NCBI RefSeq assembly: GCF_963921235.1
Contig: NC_086097.1
Coordinates: 214,150,001 to 214,214,000 of the forward strand
Origin: Mobula hypostoma
Lineage: Eukaryota
Reading direction: 5' to 3'
Length of the DNA stretch: 64,000 bases
The notes beneath the pieces were generated by a model. That model saw only the letters and a list, made by a program, of their open reading frames with translations. It was not told the origin of the DNA and ran no database searches. Shown in pieces: positions 1-10,649 of the stretch. Position 1 is the first letter of the stretch. Each line of letters starts with the position of its first letter. Made by a program: the position numbers and the translations under genes.

Positions 1-320
1 TGATGAATAAATCTTAAGGGCTGGATGGGATATATCCCAAGCTGCTAAGGGAAGCAAGCCAGGAGACAGTTGGGAATCTGAAAATGATTTCTACAACTGC
101 ATTAGCCATGCGAGAGGTACCAGAAACATGGTGGATGGCAAATTTTCCCTGTTGTTCTAAAACACAATAGGGATAACTCTAGAAATGACAGGCTGGGTGA
201 GCCTTTTATCAGTGGTGAGGAAGCTGCTGGAGAAGATTCTGACAGACAGAATTTACCTTCACTTGGGAAGAGAGAAATTGATTAGGAGGAGATACCATGT
301 TTTTGTGTAAGGGAGATGTT
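1..320 (+). mobile_element. Old CR1-type LINE RT fragment
   Basis: Degenerate GLDGIYPKLLRE…EVPETWWMAN…KLLEKILTDRI similarity to the other CR1 copies. Confidence 0.75.
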
Positions 321-426
321 ATTCATAATGGAAGCATGAACAGACAATAACTCCAACTAATTATGAAAATAATTCCTTCATTCACTACACTTCACATAGG
401 TTTTGTATAAAATAAGTAATACGTAC

Positions 427-477
427 CTATAGTATCTTGTTCAGAGACTACTTCTTCAGGTTCGAACACTGCTTCAT
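427..477 (-). CDS. ASPH: ASPH/junctate acidic microexon, (D)EAVFEPEEVVSEQDTI
   Basis: 51 nt, phase 1-1, ttttctttatgttgtag|…TAG|gtacgt. AVFEP resembles recalled human AVYEP. Confidence 0.8.
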
Positions 478-559
478 CTACAACATAAAGAAAATTTTGT
501 TACCAGAATCAGTACAGCAGCTCATTGGAATTAAAATATTGATTAGTGATTGTGCAAAC

Positions 560-604
560 CTGAAACAGTGTATTCATTAACTTCCCCCTCTCTCTCTTCT
601 AACT
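560..604 (-). CDS. ASPH: ASPH/junctate acidic microexon, (E)LEEREGEVNEYTVS
   Basis: 45 nt, phase 1-1, cttctttttctgtcag|…CAG|gtttgc. An 82-nt intron separates it from the next exon. Confidence 0.72.
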
Positions 605-689
605 CTGACAGAAAAAGAAGTTTCTGCAAAATTAATGGCTCTTCCTTAAAAATTTAAAGTCTGCCGTGGAAATACCTCACAAAATCTAC

Positions 690-1758
690 CTGGAAATTCT
701 TCTACAGAGACCTCTGCCTTGATCCTGCCTTGTGCAGCTGGATCCTGGACTTCCTGTCAGATCGCCAGCAGGTTATACGAGTGGCTCCCGCACCTCCAAC
801 CCTCTGACTCTCAATACAGCAGCCCCTCAGGGCTGCATACTGAGTCCTCTCCTTTACTCCCTGTATACCCATGATTGTATCGCCACCCACAGCTCCAATC
901 TGCTAATTAAATTTGCTGAAGACACTACATTGATTGGCCTTATCTCAAACAATAACGAGGTGGCCTACAAGGAAGAAGTAATCTCTCTGACACAGTGGTG
1001 TCAAGAAAACAACCTCTCCTTCAATGTCGCAAAAACAAAGGAGCTGGTCATGGATTACAGGAGGAATGGAGATGGGTTAACCCCCTATTGACATCAATGG
1101 ATCTGGGGCAGAGAGGGTTAACAGCTTTAAGTTCCTTGGCATCCACGTCACTAAGGACCTCATGTGGTCTATACACACCAGCTGTGTGGTGAAAAAGGCA
1201 AAACAGCGCCTCTTTCACTTCAGACAGTTGAGGAAGTTTGGTATGGGCTCCTAAGCCTAAGAACTTTCTACAGGGGCACAACTGAGAGCATCCTGACTGG
1301 CTGCATCACTGCCTGGTATGGGAACTGTACTTCCCTTAATCGCAGAACTCTGCAGAGAGTGGTGTGGACAGCCCAGCGCATCTGTAGTTGTGAACTTCCC
1401 ATGATTCAGGACATTTACAAGGACAGGTGTGTAAAAAGGGTCCGTAGGATCATTGGGGACCCAAGCCATCCCAACCACAATCTATTCTAGCAGCTACCAT
1501 CTGGGAAGTGGTACCACAGCATAAAAGCCAGGACCAACAGACTCCGGGAAAGCTTCTTCCACCAGGCCATCAGACTGATGAACTCACACTGATTTGCGTG
1601 TACTCTATATTACATTGACTGTTCTATTTATTATAAATTACTATGATTGCCCATTGTGCATTAGATGGAGACGTAACGTAAATGTTTTTACTCCTCATGT
1701 ATGTGAAGGACGTAAGAAACAAAGTCAATTCAATCAACAACTTCAGGTTCAGAGTCCC
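690..1758 (-). pseudogene. ASPH: Putative 36-nt ASPH microexon, (G)DSEPEVVEEFP, split by a LINE (halves 1740-1758 and 690-706)
   Basis: Acceptor cttttacttgcag at 1759 and donor CAG|gtagat at 689. Removing 707-1739 restores GG GAC TCT GAA CCT GAA GTT GTA GAA GAA TTT CCA G, in frame, phase 1-1. Confidence 0.62.
707..1736 (+). mobile_element. 5'-truncated Rex1/Babar-like (CR1/L2 group) LINE
   Basis: PQGCILSPLLYSLYTHDC…KFAEDTT…KTKEL and FYRGTTESILTGCITAWYG in broken frames. caattcaatc tail. Confidence 0.88.
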
Positions 1759-2087
1759 CTGCAAGTAAAAGATTCCCACCATGACTGAAAGCAATAATAT
1801 TGGCTATCTTTTTGCAATAATGCAGTAATTTGAGTTACAACATTTCAGAAAAAAAAGAACAGGAGAGGAGCACTGAGTTATTAATTTGCCCTCCATTGGT
1901 TTAGGTAAATACAGAGACTGTTTTCCAGCTTTTTCAGGTTTTCAAATAACAGCAAAAAACAACGTATTTGTGGTATGATAAGGGAAGGTACAGGTGAGTC
2001 AAGACTACCAGTGAATTAACAGTGTAGTGTTCAAATACCAATGAAACAGAACTTAGATTTTATGAATTGATACAAAGCAACCCATAC

Positions 2088-2141
2088 CCATTGTCTTTTC
2101 TGTTTCAGAAATTGCTTCATCTTCCACATAAACAGACTCTT
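2088..2141 (-). CDS. ASPH: ASPH/junctate acidic microexon, (E)ESVYVEDEAISETEKTM
   Basis: 54 nt, phase 1-1. TACTAAC branch point at 2165-2171, acceptor cttttttttcttttag, donor gtatgg. Confidence 0.82.
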
Positions 2142-2164
2142 CTAAAAGAAAAAAAAGTACATCT

Positions 2165-2171
2165 GTTAGTA
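2165..2171 (-). promoter_or_regulatory. Consensus splice branch point TACTAAC
   Basis: Branch A at 2166, about 24 nt upstream of the acceptor AG at 2142-2143. Confidence 0.7.
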
Positions 2172-2172
2172 G

Positions 2173-3031
2173 TGTTACGTACCCCGTAACTGGGTTGCCA
2201 AACCAGCAGAAATGGATCACTCAGTTGGAGTCTGGAGTACTAGAACTAAGAAAGTTTTATTAAAGAAACAAGCAACACAGTAATCGAAAGGATAATAAAT
2301 GCAACAGTTCAGTGATGATAAACACATGTGCACAGAATTAAGATAACAGCATCAATCAAGCTCTATCGTTGTCTAGGGGTTAAATGACCAATTTCAAAAT
2401 GACTCAAAGTTCAGTCCAGTTTGTAGTTCAGTTCGCAGTAATCGTTGCCATGGCGATGGACAAGGTGGGGGAAGAGAGACAGAGATAGAACAGGAACAAC
2501 TGATCATTCAGAACAGCTTCACTCACAGACCAGCGGGATGGCTCACAAACAGCATTTGGGCGGGTCCTTGGTGATGTCACCTGAGGTCACCGACTGTGAC
2601 CCCTCCTCCAGATGCGGTCGATCCTCTGCAGTGAACCCGGCACCCAGGCAAGGGCGGACACACACCGGGTTCCCGCTGATCGTACCTTTCCACCCTGTGC
2701 GTTGTCCGGTACTTCTCATCACTCGTGAGAGGCGCACCGCTTCCAGGGTCTCGTTACCTCGGGTGGCGTGTGTCTGTCTTAGCGAACCTGTCCCTTTTTA
2801 TCCCCCTGCTGGGGTATCGCCTGTCCATCACTTCAAACAGTTCAGGGTTCAAAGGGGGGAGCCGCTCCAGACAGCTCTTCCTCCCACATCCCTTCATTAC
2901 ACATCTCCAGACGCTGCTCCATTGTTCCTTATCTCTCCTTCCCCTGAGGGCAGGTGGCAGACCAACTGCTGATGCCACTGATGCTAGCCCAGGCCAGCAA
3001 ACATCTTAATTTTATGTGTACTCTTGTAACA
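2173..3031 (-). repeat. 3' LTR (859 bp)
   Basis: Direct repeat of 6111-6969. By eye only two differences (3021/6959 and 3025/6963). Minus-strand AATAAA at 2256-2261. Confidence 0.96.
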
Positions 3032-3043
3032 CTTCCCCCCTTT
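3032..3043 (-). promoter_or_regulatory. Polypurine tract
   Basis: AAAGGGGGGAAG directly abuts the TG of the 3' LTR. Confidence 0.85.
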
Positions 3044-3203
3044 AAGGATTTTTACCGGGAGGTAAAAATTACAAACATGACTACATTATCTGATACATAC
3101 ACAATATACATCTTTAACAGTTATTTAGCTAATACAGAGAATTTGAAGCTGTCAACACCTTGACAGACAGTCATCACATTTTCTGTTCCTTTTACACGTG
3201 TTA

Positions 3204-6011
3204 TTAATAATCCCTTAGACCAGGCTCCAACTCAGCAAACTTCATAGTGGCCAAAAACACTGATGAATTGCGACCAATGTAACCTCTCATTTGGTTTTGT
3301 CCCGGACCACAATAACAAGGGTCGTCCCATTCCGACTCAGTTTTCTCTCGCAAGGGCTTAGTAGGAGGGGGACGGGTATTGACCGCAGAGTTATTGCAAA
3401 ACTTCCTGCAGTACCCCACCATCTCCAAGAGCCTTCTGAGGGCCCTCTTGTCTGTCGGGGTGGGGAGGTCAGCGATAGCCTGCACTGCAGCTTGCATCGC
3501 TGCCAGCTGCCCCTGTGTCACCACAATTCCCAGGTAGGTGACTCTCGTGTGGCCGAATTCATTTTTTTCAAGGTTCACTATCAGACTGGCTTCAGACAGC
3601 CGTATTAAATTGCCAATACACACCTCTGTGGTCATCAGCCCTTTAGTCACTGAATTACTCGAAAAATATGGGTGTTGTTTACTTGGCTGCCCTATTGTAA
3701 CAGACATAACCCAACGTCCCAGTTCTTTGCATTTCCTCGGGACAATCAAACACATGGGTGCGAGTCGTTTAATTACTCCTTCGGGGATTAAGGGAGAGAC
3801 CTTATCAGTAGACCTGGCCAAAACAATAGCCTTCTCCCATCTGACCGATCCCATCCTAATCTTTTCAAAATGGTTTTTTCCTCTTATCAAGGGGCCCCTA
3901 GCATCATTGATTTCCACGCTAACACCGACTAGGTTTGTTAGCATATCAAAAGCCGGTGACCGTCTCAGTTCGCGTCGGTCATGATCAATAACATTCTTCC
4001 CCCTGGGCAGCCGGTAAATCTCTTTCATGATTCCACCAACTGTTTCCTCCAGCACCGCAAAATGTCCACCGGGGGGTACCTCGTGGGCCATGTTAAAAAC
4101 CTCATCCCCATAACTCTTTTGCACCACCCCCCACTCCTCATCTGCGGATGCTGTACTTGATTTCCCTTTCTTCCTTAGCACCTCCTCATCCGCACAATAG
4201 CTTGTCAAGGCTGTGTCAGAGAGAGCGGTCTCGGCCAAAACCATCAGCCCCTCGTCTCGCTCCTGCGTCTGCACAAATTCTTTCCTGGCTACTGCTACGT
4301 CCGTCCCAGCTCCCTCACTACCTCTTATCTCACTACACCCTGTCTCATACAAGGTTGGCAGAAATGTTTCAGCCAAATTCACCATCGCGGGCGGGGCCTC
4401 CATGCTGGCAGGCTGACCCGTCAATCTCACGACTGGGAACACGATTCCTCCGGCGATGTCATTACCGAGCAAGACTTCCACGTCTTTCATCGGTAATTCG
4501 GACCTCACCCCGATCGTGACTAGTCCAGAGACCAGGTTGCTCTGTAAATGTATCTGGTGCAAAGGGACTGACTCTGTCCCTTCCCCAACACCTTTGACCT
4601 CTACCTCCCCAGTCTGGGTCTCTGAGCTAAACTCTAATACACTCTTCAGTATTAGTGACTGACACGCTCCCGTGTCTCTCCAGATCCGCACTGGAACTGG
4701 TTTTAACCTCTTTTTCACTGACACCAGTCCGGCCGAGATAAACCTCTCGCGCCCTTCCTGGACTTTTTCAGACCTGTCCTTCCCTAGCGGTTCGCTTAAC
4801 AGCTCAATACAGCCATTCCAAATTTCCGCTTTTCCTTTCCCCGTCTCCTTTCTTGGGGCAAAGCACCTGGACGCAAAGTGTCCGACTTTCCCACAATTAT
4901 AACAGACGACCCCAGGAGACTTCCTACCAGACTGCTCCCGGTCTACCTTATCCTTTTCACTAATCCCCGGCTTACTTTCTGACTTTTCCGGTGGACTCTC
5001 CCCGCCGTCCTGACTACCCTTCTGGTAGCCTTTACTCGGGGCAACCTTCATTTTATGCGTCAACGCATACTCATCCGCTAACTTAGCAGTTGCGGCTAAC
5101 GTGGCTGCCTCTTTCTCATCGAGGTAGGGTCTCATACCCTCAGGGACACAACCTTTAAACTGCTCAATCAGAATCAGTTGCAGCAGTCTGTCGTAATCCC
5201 CCTCTACCCCTTTCGAGGCGCACCAACGCTCACAATATGTTTGCATCTCACGAGCAAACTCCAAATACGTGCGGTCCCACTGCTTCCTCGCATTCCGGAA
5301 CCTCTGCCGGTATGCCTCCGGGACCAACTCATAAATCCTGAGGATGGCCTCTTTCACCACCTCATACCTCTGGGCATCTTCCGCGGATAAAGCTGAGTAA
5401 GCTTGTTGGGCCTTCCCTTTCAGTACACTCTGAAGTAAGACAACCCACTTATCCCTCGGCCATTCCTGACTTATAGCTACCTTTTCGAAGTGGAGAAAGT
5501 ACCGATCCACATCGGTATCGTCAAATGGGGGAACCAGCCTAACCTCCTGGGTCGCCCGGAACCCTCCACCTTGGTTCGGCACGAGCCCCTGCTCGGCCCT
5601 TATCTTTAACTTCTCCAGCTCAAATTCCCTTTCCCTCTGTTTCTCCTCTCTCTCCAACTGTCTGTCCCTCTCTCTCTCTTGCCTTTCTACCTCTCTCTCC
5701 TGCCTTTCTAACTGCTTCTCTTCGTGTTCTAACTGCCGTACCCGGAACTCGTGCTCGAGTCTCAGTTTTTCAAGCTGTACCTGTACCGCGTCTCCAGCAG
5801 GTTTTTCAATAGACACCTCCCCCAGCTCACCTTGGGGAAACACACCTTTAGATACATAGTGCTCTACAATAGCTCTGTGTATCTCCTCTCTCCTCATTGT
5901 CGACTTCACCTTAGCAAGATTCACCCGTTTTGCCACAGCTATCAATTCCGATTTCCTGGCATCCTCTAATGCCTCCAAGGTCGGCGCCTTTATAAATTCC
6001 TCAACCTCCAT
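3204..6011 (-). CDS. Gag (coiled coil, SCAN-like capsid C-terminal region, CCHC knuckle) + aspartic protease + in-frame integrase and RT remnants, 935 aa
   Basis: Motifs: LVPEAYRQRFR…LILIEQFK, CYNCGKVGHFASRC, WRDTGA…LLGND, AHEVPPGGHF (integrase Zn-binding remnant), VNLEKNEF…VTYLG…PTPTDKRALRRLLEMVGYCRKF (RT C-terminal part). No YxDD, integrase DDE core or RNase H recognised. Confidence 0.9.
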   Translation of the reverse strand: MEVEEFIKAPTLEALEDARKSELIAVAKRVNLAKVKSTMRREEIHRAIVEHYVSKGVFPQGELGEVSIEKPAGDAVQVQLEKLRLEHEFRVRQLEHEEKQLERQEREVERQERERDRQLEREEKQREREFELEKLKIRAEQGLVPNQGGGFRATQEVRLVPPFDDTDVDRYFLHFEKVAISQEWPRDKWVVLLQSVLKGKAQQAYSALSAEDAQRYEVVKEAILRIYELVPEAYRQRFRNARKQWDRTYLEFAREMQTYCERWCASKGVEGDYDRLLQLILIEQFKGCVPEGMRPYLDEKEAATLAATAKLADEYALTHKMKVAPSKGYQKGSQDGGESPPEKSESKPGISEKDKVDREQSGRKSPGVVCYNCGKVGHFASRCFAPRKETGKGKAEIWNGCIELLSEPLGKDRSEKVQEGRERFISAGLVSVKKRLKPVPVRIWRDTGACQSLILKSVLEFSSETQTGEVEVKGVGEGTESVPLHQIHLQSNLVSGLVTIGVRSELPMKDVEVLLGNDIAGGIVFPVVRLTGQPASMEAPPAMVNLAETFLPTLYETGCSEIRGSEGAGTDVAVARKEFVQTQERDEGLMVLAETALSDTALTSYCADEEVLRKKGKSSTASADEEWGVVQKSYGDEVFNMAHEVPPGGHFAVLEETVGGIMKEIYRLPRGKNVIDHDRRELRRSPAFDMLTNLVGVSVEINDARGPLIRGKNHFEKIRMGSVRWEKAIVLARSTDKVSPLIPEGVIKRLAPMCLIVPRKCKELGRWVMSVTIGQPSKQHPYFSSNSVTKGLMTTEVCIGNLIRLSEASLIVNLEKNEFGHTRVTYLGIVVTQGQLAAMQAAVQAIADLPTPTDKRALRRLLEMVGYCRKFCNNSAVNTRPPPTKPLREKTESEWDDPCYCGPGQNQMRGYIGRNSSVFLATMKFAELEPGLRDY

Positions 6012-6087
6012 TTCTGCTGTTTGTCTTTTCTTTCTTTCGGGAATTTTAACCCAATCAATTTACTCCGTCCCAAATTTAGCGTTCAAA

Positions 6088-6106
6088 ATCGCGGACGAGA
6101 ACCCCA
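6088..6106 (-). promoter_or_regulatory. Degenerate tRNA-Pro primer-binding site
   Basis: TGGGGTTCTCGTCCGCGAT, 4 nt after the 5' LTR, versus canonical tRNA-Pro PBS TGGGGGCTCGTCCGGGAT. Confidence 0.75.
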
Positions 6107-6110
6107 CTTA

Positions 6111-6969
6111 TGTTACGTACCCCGTAACTGGGTTGCCAAACCAGCAGAAATGGATCACTCAGTTGGAGTCTGGAGTACTAGAACTAAGAAAGTTTTATTA
6201 AAGAAACAAGCAACACAGTAATCGAAAGGATAATAAATGCAACAGTTCAGTGATGATAAACACATGTGCACAGAATTAAGATAACAGCATCAATCAAGCT
6301 CTATCGTTGTCTAGGGGTTAAATGACCAATTTCAAAATGACTCAAAGTTCAGTCCAGTTTGTAGTTCAGTTCGCAGTAATCGTTGCCATGGCGATGGACA
6401 AGGTGGGGGAAGAGAGACAGAGATAGAACAGGAACAACTGATCATTCAGAACAGCTTCACTCACAGACCAGCGGGATGGCTCACAAACAGCATTTGGGCG
6501 GGTCCTTGGTGATGTCACCTGAGGTCACCGACTGTGACCCCTCCTCCAGATGCGGTCGATCCTCTGCAGTGAACCCGGCACCCAGGCAAGGGCGGACACA
6601 CACCGGGTTCCCGCTGATCGTACCTTTCCACCCTGTGCGTTGTCCGGTACTTCTCATCACTCGTGAGAGGCGCACCGCTTCCAGGGTCTCGTTACCTCGG
6701 GTGGCGTGTGTCTGTCTTAGCGAACCTGTCCCTTTTTATCCCCCTGCTGGGGTATCGCCTGTCCATCACTTCAAACAGTTCAGGGTTCAAAGGGGGGAGC
6801 CGCTCCAGACAGCTCTTCCTCCCACATCCCTTCATTACACATCTCCAGACGCTGCTCCATTGTTCCTTATCTCTCCTTCCCCTGAGGGCAGGTGGCAGAC
6901 CAACTGCTGATGCCACTGATGCTAGCCCAGGCCAGCAAACATCTTAATTTTATGTGTATTCTCGTAACA
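6111..6969 (-). repeat. 5' LTR (859 bp)
   Basis: Ends TGTTACG…CGTAACA. Followed on the minus strand by the PBS. Minus-strand AATAAA at 6194-6199. Confidence 0.96.
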
Positions 6970-7196
6970 GTAGTCAAAATAGAGACTGTAACCAGAACTA
7001 ACAGTGCACGTCACTGACCTCAGACAACTGCAAACTACTCCTATGGCCTGATTTCACCTTTCTTATGCCAGAATCAGAATCAAAATCAGGTTTATTATCA
7101 CTGACATAAGGTGAAATTTGTTGTTTGGTGGCAGCAGAGTACAGTGCAATACATAAAATATACTACAAATTACAATAAGAAAAATATATATCTACA

Positions 7197-7263
7197 CAGT
7201 ACCGTGCGAAAGCCTTCGGCACATGTATATAGCTAGGGTGCCTAAAACTTTTGCATGGTACTG
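7197..7263. mobile_element. Tiny Tc1/mariner-like inverted-repeat remnant
   Basis: CAGTACCGTGCGAAAG…CTTTTGCATGGTACTG followed by TA. Confidence 0.5.
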
Positions 7264-7549
7264 TATCTAAGTTGAGCAGAGAACAAGTCTGTAAATCTGG
7301 TAGGAGCAAAGGAGTGCCACAGGTGGAGACACACCCAGCCCTAAGGCACCAGACAAGGTCATTTGAATCAAAACAATTGGTTTATTGATTATTACACAAT
7401 GTCCATCTGGTGCTTCCGTCTCCCTTCCCCTTTTCCCAACGATTCCCCTCTCCGTGCCTCCTTCCCACTATCTGTCCCCAGTGGAGACCCATATCAGAGT
7501 CAAGTTTATCATCACTCACATGTCATGGAATTTGTTTATTTTTAAACAA

Positions 7550-7697
7550 ATTCCCCCTCCCACTTTCAAATCTCTTACTAGCTCATCTTTCAGTTAGTCT
7601 TGACGAAGGGTCTCGGCCTGAAACGTCGACTGTACCTCTTCCTAGAGATGCTGCCTGGCCTGCTGCGTTCACCAGCAACTTTTATGTGTGTTGCTGT
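7550..7697 (+). mobile_element. Penelope-like 3' terminal repeat fragment
   Basis: tgacgaagggtctcggcctgaaacgtcgac…agatgctgcctggcctgctg motif, shared with the ends of the elements at 33985-34660 and 56423-57005. Confidence 0.65.
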
Positions 7698-7959
7698 TCA
7701 TTATGTTAGAGTAATTTTTGAGTTTAGGTCATTAACACTTAGTAAATAGCTTCAGCCACCAGTCTTCTGTTCCTTGACAATGCATTTCCTAAAAGCTGTG
7801 AGTGCCGGAATACCAGTCTAGATGCTGCTGGTGAGAAGGTGTGAGGTTTGCATGCAGTTTCAAAGACAGCATTATCTATACTTTGTAAATATGGATTGTT
7901 CTTCATGTTAAGCATGTAAAATACCAAATAAATGTATTGTGGATTCAGTTTGGAACAAT

Positions 7960-9711
7960 GACAATAGAAATAGACAATAGGTGCAGGAGTAGGCCATTCA
8001 GCCCTTTGAGCCAGCACCACCATTCACTGTGATCATGGCTGATCATCCACAATCAATATCCAGTTCCTGCCTTATCCCCATAACCTTTGATTCCACTATC
8101 TTTAAGAGCTCTATCCATCTCTTTTTTGAAAGCATCCAGAAACTTGGCCTCCACAGCCTTCTGGGACAGAGCATTCCATATATCCACCACTCTCTGGGAG
8201 AAAAAGTTTTTCCTCAACTCCGTTCTAAATGGCCTACCCTAATTCTTAAACTGTGGCCTCTGGTTCTGGACTCACCCATCAGCGGGAACATGCTTTCTGC
8301 CTCCAGCGTGTCCAATCCTTTAATAATCTTATATGTTTCAATAAGATCCCCTCTCAGCCTTCTAAATTCCAGAGTATACAAGCCCAGTCGCTCCAATCTT
8401 TCGACATATGACAGTCCCGCCATCCCGGGAATTAACCTTGTGAACCTATGCTGCACTCCCTCAATAGCAAGAATGTCCTTCCTCAAATTTGGAGACCAAA
8501 ACTGCACACAGTACTTCAGGTGTGGTCTCACCAGGGCCCTGTACAGCTGCAGAAGGACCTCTTTGCTCTTATACTCAACTCCCCTTGTTATGAAGGCCAG
8601 CATGCCATTAGCTTTCTTCACTGCCTGCTGCAATTGCATGCTTGCTTTCAGTGAATGATGTACAAGAACATCTAGATCTCGTTGTACTGCCCCTTCTCCT
8701 AGACTCCATTTAAATAATAATCTGCCTTCCCATTCTTACCACCAAAGTGGATAACCTCACATTTATCTACATTAAACTGCATCTGCCATGCATCTGCCCA
8801 CTCACCCAGCCTGTCCAAGTCACCCTGCATTCTCATAACATCCTCCTCACATTTCACACTGCCACCCAGCTTTGTGTCATTGGCAAATCTGCTAATGTTA
8901 CTTTTAATTCCCTCATCTAAATCATTAATATATATTGTAAACAGCAGCGGTCCCAGCACTGAACCCTGTGGTACCCCACTAGTCACCGCCTGTTAATCGC
9001 TACTCTGTTTTCTGTCAGCCAGCCAATTTTCAATCCATGTCAGTACTCTGCCCCCAATACATGTGCCCTAATTTTGCCCACTAATCCCCTATGTGGGACT
9101 TTATCAAAGGCTTTCTGAAAGTCCAGGTACACTACATCCACTGGCTCTCCCTTGTCCATTTTCATAGTCACATCCTCAAAAAATTCCAGAAGATTAGTCA
9201 AGCACGATTTCCCCTTCGTAAATCCATGCTGACCCGGACCAATCCTGTTACTACTATCCAGATGTGTCCTAATTTCATCTTTTATAATTGACTCCAGCAT
9301 CTTTCCCACCACCGACATCAGGCTAACCGGTCTATAATTCCCTGTTTTCTCTCTTCCTCCCTTCTTGAAGAGAGGGACAACATTAGCCACCCTCCAATCC
9401 ACAGGAACTGATCCCGAATCTATAGAACATTGGAAAATGATTACCAATGCGTCCACGATTTCTAAAGCCACCTCCTTAAGTACCCTGGGATGCAGACCAT
9501 CTGGTCCTGGGGACTTATCAGCCTCCAGACCCAACAGCCTATCCAACACCACTTCCTGCCTAATATAAATTTCCTTCAATTCATCCATTACCCTAGGTCC
9601 TTTGGCCACTATTACATCTGGGTGATTCTTTGTGTCTTCTCTAGAGAAGACAGATCCAAAGTACCTGTTCAACTCGTCTGCCATTTCCTTGTTCCCCATA
9701 ATAAATTCACC
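7960..9711 (-). mobile_element. CR1 LINE, 5'-truncated, relatively young
   Basis: ORFs 9040..9741, 8699..8986 and 8214..8639 (SPGPDGLHPRVLKE, VPQGSVLGPLLF, RPHLKYCVQFWSP). Short-repeat tail near 7960. Confidence 0.93.
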
Positions 9712-10633
9712 CGGATGATGAAATTGATGGCTTTGTTGCAAAGTTTGCAGAGGATATTAAGATAGGTGGAGGGGGAGGTAATTTTGAGGAAATAGAGAGG
9801 CCAAAGAAGGATTTAGAGACAGATTAGAAGAATGGGCAAAGAAATGCAGATAGAATACAGTGTTGGGAAGTGTATGATCATACACCTTGATGGGAGAAAT
9901 GAAAGGGTTGACTATTTTCTAAATGGAGAAAAAATACAAAAACTGAGGCGCAAAGGGACTTGGGAGTCCTTGTGCAGGTTCCCCTAAAGGTTATTTTGCA
10001 GGCTGAATCTGTGGTGAGGAAGGCAAATGCAATGTTCAAGAGCACTAGAATATAAGTGCAAGAATGTAATGTTGAGACTTTATAAAGTACTGGTGAGGCC
10101 TCACTTTATTATGAGCAGGTTTGATCCCATTATATTAGAAAGGATGTACTGAAACTGGAGAGGGTTCAAAGGAGGTTCACAAAAATGGTTCTAGGATTGA
10201 ATGGCTTGTAATATGGAGAATGTTTGATGGGTCTGGGCCTGTATTCACTAGAATTCAGAAGAATGACGGGTGACTTCATTGAAATCAATCGAATGCTGAA
10301 AGGCCTTGATAGAGTGGATGTGGGCAGGATGTTTCCTATGTGAAGAGTCTAAAACCAGAGAACACAGCATCAGAATAGAGGGGTGTCCTTTTAGAATGAT
10401 GAGGAGGAATTTCTTTAGCCAGAGTGGTGAATCTATGGAATTCTTTGCCACTGGCAGCTGCAGAGGCCAAGTTTTTATGTATATTTAAGGCAAAGGTTGA
10501 TAGATTCTTGATTGGTCAGGGTATGAAGGGATACTGGGAGAAGGCAGTAGATTGTGGCTGAGAATAAAATTGTATCAGCCATGATGAAATGGCAGATCAG
10601 ACCCAATGGGCCAAGTGGCCTAATTCTGCTTCT
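9712..10633 (+). mobile_element. CR1 LINE 3' fragment
   Basis: Degenerate RT C-terminus and 3' UTR ending (cttatggt)n. Confidence 0.85.
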
Positions 10634-10649
10634 ATATCTTATGGTCTTA

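Larger units (their letters stand above)
2173..6969 (-). mobile_element. Gypsy/Ty3 (Gmr1-like) LTR retrotransposon, internally deleted, recent insertion
   Basis: 859-bp LTRs (TG…CA) at 2173-3031 and 6111-6969. 4-bp TSD GTAG at 2169-2172 and 6970-6973. PBS, PPT and one gag-pro-(pol remnant) ORF are present. Confidence 0.96.

Noticed and set aside
2445..3009. Duplicated ORFs of 175, 94, 74 and 64 aa (also at 6383-6947)
   Set aside because: They lie inside the LTRs and are duplicated only for that reason. No recognisable domain.
3204..6011. Domesticated SCAN/Gag-derived host gene
   Set aside because: Near-identical LTRs, PBS, PPT and TSD show a recent mobile insertion.
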